Source: Guillardia theta CCMP2712
Taxonomy: Eukaryota; Protista; Cryptophyta
Direction: 5' to 3'
DNA: 64,000 nt
Assembly (NCBI RefSeq): GCF_000315625.1
Contig: NW_005434592.1
Coordinates: 11,454-75,453 of the forward strand
Position 1 is the first letter of the stretch. Every line of letters begins with the position of its first letter. A program made the position numbers and the translations under genes. Below are positions 51,173-61,200 of this stretch, piece after piece. Under the pieces are notes generated by a model, which was given only the letters and a program-made list of their open reading frames with translations, made no database searches and was not told the DNA's origin.

Positions 51173-52944
51173 ATGCACAGGAGACCTTGTGCTTACTGTG
51201 GAAGCGAATCGCTGATAGAGATACAGGAAGAGGTTGGTGGTCAAGTTGTACTTCCAGCACTGAAAGCTCTTGTCCTTTTGCTAGGGATCCATAGTTTGCT
51301 CCAACTGTGCGATGGAAAACAACGCGCGAATCATGTCCACGCAGGTGAATTCCTTCGACCTATGCCATGCAAGTGATATCCCGCCAGTCCGAATGGCGTA
51401 CCTTCCAAGACGATGATAAGAGCCAGGAAAAGGGAAGGTCTCTTCTCTCGGTCCGATTGATTGGAAGGTGAAAACTGCCGCAGAACTGGTGGTCCTGAAA
51501 ACGCATTGTTGAACAACGATGGGGCACAGGTCGATCTTTGACCTGCTCGTTTTTGGTTTCTGGTGGCGTACATTCACTGACTCCGAATGTTGCAACAGAC
51601 CAAGATAGAAGGAAACGGTAGAAATGGCGATGGTAAATCCTTTCATGCTCTGTTCCATCTTGTCCCAAGACTTTCTAACCCGGAAACCTGTGACAGTCGA
51701 TGTTCTCGGCTCTGCAGCAAACCTGGCGAAGAGCCAGCATAGATTTGGCTCGCAATCTGGAGATCGGTTGTTCATCTTTCTTGGCGGATTTGTTTGTAAT
51801 GCGAGTTTGCAATACGAACAGGGCATTGACCGATGCATACAAAAAAATCGATGAGATTTGTGACACCATGAACCTCTCCTCTGTCATTCGTGGCCAGGTT
51901 TTGATGATCATACAATACTCGAAAACACTACTTACCAACTTTTAGGCCAAACACAACTTCAAAAGCTATGACGAAGAGTCAAAGAAAGTGAGATGGAACC
52001 AACCAAGTCTCCTTAGCATCGCTCGTCACAATGTTTGCAGCAAAAGAAGAAAATCCCCATCGATCCCGTCCTGACCTCGTGCATTTATATTGCTTGCCGA
52101 GAAGAAGGTACTGGCGAGCAGCTTCTTCGGGAGGACTGGTGTGCTAAGGCCAGTCTACTTCAGGATTCCCTCGAACAATGAAGGAGATGTGTGCTGCCAC
52201 AACTCTGACCAAGAAGGAGATTGGGAACGCCTTCAAACACGTATGATATTGCAGCGGTACAGAATGTCAAAGTTATTGTTCTGACAGGTACAGGAACTGA
52301 TCAAGAAGACTGTACAGCCTATGAAGGTGAGGATGTGATCATGGTGGTAGGGATTGACTGACTGTGCGGTCAGGCATCCGACATTATTCCTCGCTTCTGC
52401 TCCAACTTGAACTTGGACGGAAATGTTATCGAGGAGGTAAAAATTTATATCCGTCTACTGTCGTCGTTCCTCCTGCCCTCGCCTTCTTCGTCTTTCTGGG
52501 ATTCTCATTCGCTGCTGGCAGGCTGCGAAGCATATCTGTCAAGCAGCCGATGCTCTCAACATCACTGAGGTCTAAGATCTCTCGAGTGTCTTCGCACCTC
52601 AACTTCAACATACAGGGAAGGGTGTACACGTCCATCGCCTCTGCCGCCATGTTCATGGCCTGTCTTCTGCGACAACGTCTGTTGTTATGATCTGCACTTC
52701 GCTCCTGACGCCCGTGCTCAGGCAACCCGAAGCACTTCAGAAGTTGCAAGCAGATCTCAGACGCTACCGGAGCAGCAGAAGCAACGATCAGGCAGATCTA
52801 CAAGGTGAGTGCGCACGATGTCGTGAGGCAAACTGAAGCTGTTGAGATCAGGAGATGCATGCGAAGCGACACCAGCTTGTCCCTCCAGATTTTGCAACCA
52901 AGGAGGAGATTGACAAACTTCCCGAGGGAGGAGGTGGATTCTGA
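51173..52944 (+). CDS. TFIIB: Transcription initiation factor TFIIB (multi-exon)
   Basis: Zn-ribbon CAYC...CSNC, B-reader SEWRTF, cyclin repeats (CIYIACREE, PRTMKE, KKEIG, IPRFCSNL, GRVYTSIASAAMFMA, TGAAEATIRQIYK). Confidence 0.92.
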
Positions 52945-53109
52945 TGAACCCACGTATCAGATTTCTTCCACTTGCCGAGTTCTACTTCTCATCGGGTCGA
53001 GCTTTTTGCGGTTTTTGCGGCTCCAGCTTGTCATAGATCAGTAGCCTGTCTACTTGAATCTTCTCACCGCGATCTCCAGTGAGATCGGACTGGCGGCTGA
53101 TGACAGGAC

Positions 53110-53280
53110 GGCTAGTATTTATTAGCTAAACGACACAAAATATAAAATTTCAAAATTCTAAATTTTCCGTCGAAATTATGGATCATGGAAGACCCACACG
53201 CCAATATTTCCTTGTGTCTGACTCGTACTTCATCCTTTCCATGAAGAACAGGTTGAAGTATAACCAGACCCATGTGTGAT
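53110..53280 (-). ncRNA. Candidate Fanzor omegaRNA scaffold / transposon right end
   Basis: Directly downstream of the Fanzor stop codon, with complementary segments 53226-53232/53254-53260, 53183-53190/53237-53244, 53132-53143/53204-53218 and 53195-53199/53274-53278. Confidence 0.6.
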
Positions 53281-54000
53281 TCAAGGCCGTTTCAGAAAAT
53301 CCGGTCGTGCTGGTAGAGACATGTAGCACAATAGAATATTCATAGCAGCATTGATATCACGAGACTTGATACGGTTTTGAACACAATTGGTGGATCTGCA
53401 CCATTTCAAACCCCGCACCACTGACACTTCGTCAGCGAGTATACCATTCTTGTTGATTTTTTTGCGTTTCAAATCATACAATTCTTGATGACATTGATTG
53501 CAACATTCTGTCGTTCTGTATTCATCAACTGCCGTCACCTCGAAGAAGTTCTGACATCGCCTTTTGATCCATTTTACAGGCACTGACTTCTCTCCACGCC
53601 CAGTACAACCAAATGATGCATCACCGTATGCAATTATTGGATTTTGATCTGAACCGTTACCGTCTTTCATCTTCTTGAAGAACGTATCAATCGCCTTGTG
53701 TTTGTGGATGTAGTTATCCATCTTCAGGCGTGCGAACTTGTTTTGACAATTGTGTTCGAACAGGATCTCGCTTAGTCTCACCACGGTGTCGATGTATCTT
53801 TCATAGTGATCCAACCGAGACGTTTTTGCGGACACTCTTGCAATATCGCTTGATTCTTCTGTTATGCCTTGTCTCCATTTTTCGAACTTGGCGTTATTCC
53901 GAGTAATATGAAACTCATGATAGTACTGCCTTCGAGTATATCGATACTGCTTTGGTTTTTCTTGACCAGGTATTTGCTCGACACCGCATATCAGTACACT
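53281..54000 (-). pseudogene. Fanzor (eukaryotic TnpB/Cas12-like RNA-guided nuclease), 5'-truncated
   Basis: Intronless AT-rich ORF with YRYTRRQYY, IIAYGDASF..TGRGE..VP, RuvC-II VDEYRTT, Zn-finger CCNQC...LKWCRSTNC, RuvC-III RDINAAMNI and terminal RPDFLKR. There is no ATG, and the RuvC-I D(PG) motif and N-terminal lobe are absent. Confidence 0.88.
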
Positions 54001-54004
54001 GCGA

Positions 54005-54285
54005 CCACCTCGACTCTCCTGATCCGACAAGTCCTCGTCATGGCGTACTGATCAGTTTTTAACTTAACTTTGAGTAAAGGTCAGCCCGGCGCCGCGGGCC
54101 CGCCCTGAGTCGCCCGGCAGCCCGGGCTCAGAGTCCGATCAATGCTCAGTCAAGGGGTCGTGTAAAAGTTCCTCCGACCGTCGTTCGAGCTCGCCGCGCA
54201 CCCAGTATAAAAAATCTATACAAATTCAGCCAATTTTACTCAAAGTTAAGTTAAAGATCATACTATGATAACGAGGGCAAATTCA
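54005..54285. mobile_element. MITE-like element with 21-bp perfect inverted repeats abutting the Fanzor
   Basis: TTTAACTTAACTTTGAGTAAA at 54058-54078 and its reverse complement at 54235-54255 flank a GC-rich core; the same terminus occurs at 3729 and 153. Confidence 0.6.
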
Positions 54286-55290
54286 GCCATGTGGGGGACG
54301 CGGGCCCGGTAATTGCGCCCAGAAGGTGAAAGAATAATAAAGACGTTAATCGTATGACTGCGGGTCCGTGCGAAGAGGGAGGGGTTGGACCCTCTGTCAC
54401 CGTCCGACACCGCAATTAAGAAAAGTGACACCCTGACAGGGGGGCCTTTCACCCTCCAGCCCCTGTGCGGCCGCTCAAACCGTGGCATCTACAGTTTATA
54501 TCAGTGGCCAAAATGGGAGGCGGACGGTGATCCTGCCTGAAATATGCTCTCAAATTTGAAATTAACACTGTCAAAAGATTCGAAACCGAAGCTCCTTTTA
54601 AGGAAAACAAGTGATCTCTGGGGAATCCATCCCACCCCACCCCACCTGGGCCCTGGAGTAAGAACTACCCTACCCCCAGGATAAAAATCGATGCGCACTC
54701 CTTGCGCTTTTCGGACCAGAACCCCCCCGACCTAGGTCAATACTATGATGTTCCCACCCCGTGATCTCACCGACCACCCCCACCCTGTCAGTGGCTGTCA
54801 TCTCGAGACGACCCATCACACCACCCCCCTCAAAGTTCGGGGACTGGAACGTTGGAGCTTATCCACATCTTAAAACAATTTTGATTTGGGGTTGGGTGGC
54901 TAAGTTAATTCGCCCTAGAAGTGGGGGTGAAAAGTCACTACAATGGAGGGGTGATGAGAAAGAGAGTTAGATTCAGTGGGTGGGGTACAAGTTGGATTGC
55001 CCCTCCGGGATTGAGCAGTCACATGCAATGCTAGTCAGTGGTGCAGAGCGACAAAGAACTGGAGAAATCTCCCTGGAAGGAGCGAGAGAGAATGGGAAGA
55101 AGGCGATAGAGTAGAAATATCCATAAACTATCAGGGACACGCATCGTTTTGAGGTGTGACTGAAGTGAAACCGAGAAGAAGAAGAGGTAAGAACTCGACA
55201 TCGTAATTCTTGAGATTCACTGAACAATTCCTCTGTAGTCCTTGCCGAATCGTAATCCATCAAAAGACTACATCTCGATATGAAACAAGC

Positions 55291-58200
55291 ATGATTTCTT
55301 TCAGTATCCAACTTTCCTGCTTTCTTACCTTGTTATCATGCTTGGTTTTGTCCACAAATGGATTGGAACAAGTGATATCAGCAGCTTCCATACGTCAGAC
55401 CAATCCTCTCGCAAACGATAACAATCTTTTGATTCTTTCTCTTACAATTGCACAGAATGTTGAAACACGATCAAACTTTTCTGTTTGTGCTTTTTCTGGC
55501 CTTGACTATGCTGTTGGGCAAAGCGTACCCACAGTTTCAAGTCCGCAGCTTTCGCTGACAAGCTCCTGGAATGCAGCCTCCTGCTTGTTGTTTTCGAACA
55601 CTGAAATCATCCAATCTCAAGCAACAGCATATCAGATTTCATTCTCAGTCAAGAACCAGAACCTGGCGCATCAGGGCAGCAGTTCATTGACTCTTAGCCT
55701 CAATGCAGTGAACGTGCCCCTCACTGTCATCTATGCAGATGTCCTGGGTGTTCTGAACGGCTCTGTCCCAGGGAAGACTGTCATTCCTTCGTTGATCTTT
55801 GCTTCTATCCGTCAATCGAGTGCACTGGCAAACATCAGCAACAGAGTTTCGATTGTTCTACGACCCAATGTGCATTTTGACACTGGATCCATTTTTACAC
55901 TCACTGGATTTAGCGCCATCTGGGATTATGTCGATTCTTGTTATTCATATCAGCTACCTCAAGGGGAGGAGACAACAACATCCACGACTACTCCAGCTCC
56001 AACTACAACATCCACGACTACTCCAGCTCCAACTACAACATCCACGACTACTCCAGCTCCAACTACAACATCTACGACTACCCCAGTTGAAACAACAACA
56101 TCTACGACTACCCCAGTTGAAACAACAACATCTACGACTACCGCAGCTGGAACAACAACATCTACGACTACCCCAGTTGCAACGACGTTATCCACGACAA
56201 CTCAAGCTGCAACAACGTTGTCGACGACTACCCCTGCTGAAACGTTGTCGACGACTACCCCTGCTGAAACAACATCCACGACTACCCCAGCTGAAACAAC
56301 AACATCCACGACTACCCCAGCTGAAACAACAATGTTCGATGAAACTACTTCTTTGGCTGCAAATGAGGCCAGCTCAACTCCCAGCGCCGAGGAGAGCAGC
56401 TCAACTGCGATGCTGGAGAGCAGCTCTTCGTCGACGCCTGCAGAGCAGCTCTTCGTCGACGCCTGCAGAGGTCGAGAGCAGCTCAACTGCAATGCTGGAG
56501 AGCAGCTCTTCGTCAACGCCTGCAGAGGTCGAGAGCAGCTCAACTGCAATGCTGGAGAGCAGCTCGTCGTCAACGACTGCAGAGGTCGAGAGCAGCTCAA
56601 CTGCAATGCTGGAGAGCAGCTCTTCGTCGACGCCTGCAGAGGTCGAGAGCAGCTCAACTGCAATGCTGGAGAGTAGCTCTTCGTCAACGACTGCAGAGGT
56701 CGAGAGCAGCTCAACTGCGATGCTGGAGAGTAGCTCCTCCTCCACACCCTTGGAGAGCAGCTCGTCGTCTACACCAGCACCATTGGAAACAAGTGCGTTC
56801 TCTACGTCCGCGTTAGAGTCCAGTTCCTCCTCCACACCCTTGGAGAGCAGCTCTTCGTCGACAACAATGCAGGCGTTAGAGACCAGCACAGATTGGACGA
56901 CCCCCGCTCCCAGCAGCAGCAGAAGGAGGCTGTTGAGCTCCGCCGCTTCGAATGATCAGCAGAATGTTGTCTATTCCACAGCAGCCGTGTGCCAGCAGAA
57001 GCAGATCCAGTTTGCATCAGCTCAGGCTGACCAGTCTTGGTCCGCGTCAGAAGTAACTTTCGGAGGCAGAGCCGTGATTCTTCGTACTGGCGAGCTCTTG
57101 CTGGTTGCCAACTCGAGCTTCGATCAGTACGAGGCTCTCGTCGCTTTCGAGCTCACAAACCCGGTGGTCGAACGGGCTCCATCGAGTTTTCTCGTCCAGG
57201 GAAGGCTCGTGGTGAGTGGAAATCGTTATTCTCTGCCATCGCAAGGGGTCACGTTGAGCTCCCAAGCCATCGGAGGTGTGAAGGACGCCTCCAACCCGTT
57301 CAAGGTTCATGTCCCAAAGATCCTCTTCGCCCACATCCAGCACTCGAGATCAGTCTCGTTCATGCAAAATACGATCTCGATGGAGATGAGAGTGGACGTG
57401 GATATGACGAACCGTTCTTACCTCTACATCACAGGCATTCCCGACCAACTCTACGTCTACAATGAAGCGAAGGCACCAGCTTACAGCAACCTTGACAGCG
57501 CGATTGAGGTGAAGCAAGTGGCCGATGGCTTCACCGTCAAGGTGTTAGACCTCATCGCTGTCAACACGAGCATCCGTGTGTGGGTGCCCGTCACGAACAG
57601 CCAAGGTCAGCGGCTAGAGGGATGCAACGTGTCGGTCGAGGGAGGAGTCGGAGTCGGAGACAGGATCTCTCTCTTGTCAAAGACTCGCATGACGACCGAG
57701 ACCGACACGAGCGGCCGCATCTGCTTGCTTGTCGCCCCGAAGGTTGTATCACCGACGGTGTCATCAGCGAACCCGCTGGTGGGCTCGCTGAACCGTCTGA
57801 ACCTCAAGTTTGCTTTCAATGTCGAGCTCAGAGGGAGCGATGGGCTCAAGTTCAGGCTTCGCTCGCCTCTGCTGCAGTCGCCGCTCACCAGCGGGTCTCT
57901 CAACTTCACCTCTCAAGACGGCAGGGTGCAGACTTTCCGCAACGTGACGACAGGCGAAGATTACCTTGAGTTTGCGATGGAGGCCTCTGACGCGATGAAG
58001 GCAAACGTCAACTACTATCTCGTCGTCGAGGTCAGGAACCCGTCCTACGTCCTTCGAGCCCCCAACGTCTCCATGGACATCACAAGCTCGAAGAGCAACA
58101 ACTTCGCCCTGGCCTTCAACTTCACCCCGGTGGCTGCTTCCAACCCCTACGGGATCTCGTTGCAGGATCCTCTTGACACATGGGCTCCTGTCATCGTCAA

Positions 58201-61200
58201 CGCGTCTATCTATCAGAGCTCTCCTCTCACCGACGCTTCCAACACTCTCACGGTCTCTGTGAAGACCAACACCTTCCTCGTCCAAGGCTCTCGCTTGACT
58301 CTCAGCGGCTTGTGCGGCATGGCGGATGACATCGCGACTGTGAATGCTGCTGCTTTCAGGGTGACCTCTACCTCTGCGAGCGGGTGTTTCATAGTGGTGG
58401 AGGCGACGAGCGACCGGAGCAGCTTCGTCGTCATGCTGGATGTGACAGTGAGAAACGGAGGGAGCGAGCAGGTAGCCGTCAGCCCCACGCTGAGCGGGTT
58501 CATCGAGAGCGGCGTATGGGACGCGAGCTTGAGCTCGGTGTCGCTGCTTCAGCAGCCTTCCTCTCGGTTCGGCATTGAGGGAGGCTCGTTACCCCTCAAG
58601 ATTGTTCGTCCTCGCATCTCCTCTTGGAGCTTCGAGCAATCCTCTCCCTTCGTGGGCTCATCCAACCAGCTCACTCTCAGCCTCACCCTCAACGTCGCAC
58701 TCACCGTCGGGTCTCAACTCTTCCTTGCAAACTGGCCTGCACAGCAAGTCTCGCAGGCTGCGTCGCTGTCGTCTGCATGGCAGGTTGTCAACATCAGCTC
58801 CAACTCCTCCTTCAAGTTCCTGGGAGGTGACAACCAACCTCCTTATGTCCTCCTCTTGAGCATCAGAAACAGTCAGACCCCCCTGTCCTCCCCGTCTGAC
58901 TTTCCCGCCCGCCTCATGGTGGAGTGCGGGCTGTACGACTCCTGGTCAGAAGTGACCGCCATAGCTGGGACCCAGCAGGACCTTTTCCTGGTCCCGGGCG
59001 GGCGGAAGCCATTCTTGACAGTGATGCCGGAGATACAGGAGGCGACGATCTCGCAGACGATTCCCTTCACCAGCTCGCCCAACGTGATCTCCCTGCACGT
59101 CGTCTCCAGGTTCGCCATCACCAAGGACTCGCGGCTGCTCATCACCCCAGCTCCCTCGTGTGTGCCAACGCTGCTCGACGACTCCTTCACGAGCATCAGG
59201 GATAATACTCTAGTGCTGACGCTCTCGGGGTCGAACGTCTCCGCCTTCAATGTGTCGTTCCGCGTCATCAACGGCGACTGCGAGCAGGCGGACAGGCAGT
59301 TGCAGGTCAAGCTGGTGGAGGAGCTGGGAGTCTTCGACTCTGAGAGTGAGACGAGGGCGATGCTGATGGATCGCTCGACCCTCTTCGGCGTCATCAATGG
59401 CAGCAGCCCCTTCGTGACTTACCGTGCGACGATCACCAAAGCTCTCGTCTACCAAGACAACCCGATCGTCGGTCAGCTCAACAACGTGAGTTTGTCCCTT
59501 CGCTTCAACTTCGAGACGCCCAAGCAGGCAAGCTGCACCATCACCGGGATGAGCATGTTCGACCAGCAGCAGGGCGTCGTGAGCGTCAGACAGTCTCCGG
59601 CCAGCCTGATCAACTCGAGCCGCCTGGTGGGAGGGAGCCTGGTGCTCAGCAACTTTCTGCAGACTTTGCCAGCTGGCGACGACCTGAACGTGACGGTCGT
59701 GCTGGTCAACGGAGCGAAAGAGAGCAATGCAGCTGCAGTGTCGGTCACGTGCTACCTGGATCCGATCGTGACCGGGTTGAAGGTGACTAGCGAGTTCTCG
59801 TCGCGTTCTGTCTCTGTGTTTGGAGTGGCAGGAGGGTCTCTCGTCGGGAAGCTGGTGCAACCAGGGTTTGACCTGCTCGCGGGCATCCAGAAGAACCCGC
59901 TGGTGATGAAGGAGAACAAGCTCGTGTTCAGCATCTCCTGCAACATCGACTTTGCTGTGGGATCAACGATGACGCTGCGTGGGCTGGTGGGACTTCCAGC
60001 ACTCTACAACGTCTCGTCGGAGTTTGCTGTGCTGAATCGTACCTTGAGCGATGAGCTGATTGTCATCGCGCACATGGACATGTATGCGAGTGAGACTTAC
60101 TTTCTCAACTTGTCGTTGATCAACCCCGACCAAGAGCAGAACTCTCCTCCTCTCAAGCTCAGGGCGACGCTTGTGGTCCAGGCGAGCTATGCAGCTTTAC
60201 ACCTGCCGTTGGCGGAAGCTCTCGTCAGCAAGCCAGGAATCACCGTCATCGGTATCCCCGGTGGTTATGACCCGCTCAAGATTTTCCGAGCCAACTTCAC
60301 GATCGATCAACTCTCGCAGGTGACCATGTTGTTCTGCCGCGCGACGGTCTTCAGGATCTTCTTCTCCTTCAACTGCGACATCCTGCCAAATTCCTCGCTC
60401 ACCGTCAGCTTCCCTGCTCATGCCCTTGCCAGTCTGCTGGCTACCGCAGACTACTACCGCGCGCCCAACAGCAAGGCTGTCGTGGTTGTCAGCCAATTAG
60501 GACAGCTCGCGCAAGTGTCGAAGGGAATTCAGCTGGATGTTCCTGACACGTCGACGTCTGCTCTGAGCCCCTTCAGTCTCGCTTCTCATGTCTTGACCAT
60601 CTTCGGTCCCGTCGCCTTCCCCGAGCTGAAGCTGAACGTGACGGTAAGCGCTGGGCCTCCGCTTTCCTTGGCCTTGACTGATCTCTCGTGCTGCAGTCAA
60701 GTGTGCAAGAGATCAACCTCATGGTCCATCAGCTTGCCTTCGCCTTCGATGCCATCAGCGACCGTCGAGTTGTCTACGTCCAGGACTTGAACCTTGCAGG
60801 AAACTCTTCATGCACACAGGTGCTGACGTGGCAGTTGTCGGAATGTTCGCTTCTCACCCTAATGGCAGGACTTCTTTCAAGTGACCACCTTCACAGTGTC
60901 AGGCAGTATCGATCCGAGCTTCTCCCTGGCTCCCAAGATCAATCAATCAGGTCTGCCTGTCCTCCCTGTCCTCAAGAGCCTCAACCTGACCATGCCGCAG
61001 GGTACTTGTCCTTCCGGATATCAAACTCAGAGCCCGACGAAGGTTCTTCGATCGAGTTCGACCTGCTGATAACCGCCAACTTGTACGATGCGAATCTTAG
61101 CAGCGCTGTCCAGTCCTTGGATAGTCGCGTGCGAGTGATCGTCATGGGAAGACCTCGCTGTCCGGTCCAGGTGTGGTACAATTATGCAGGGTCGTTGGCG

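Noticed and set aside
53108-53120. Helitron 3' end (CTAG) for the Fanzor element
   Set aside because: The CTAG is not followed by the expected T and there is no strong GC-rich subterminal hairpin; the carrier superfamily cannot be assigned from this copy.
53998-54030. N-terminus MSDQESRGGRS of the Fanzor ORF as a real start
   Set aside because: It starts at TTG and derives from the adjacent repeat (aligns with 3702-3749), not from Fanzor sequence.
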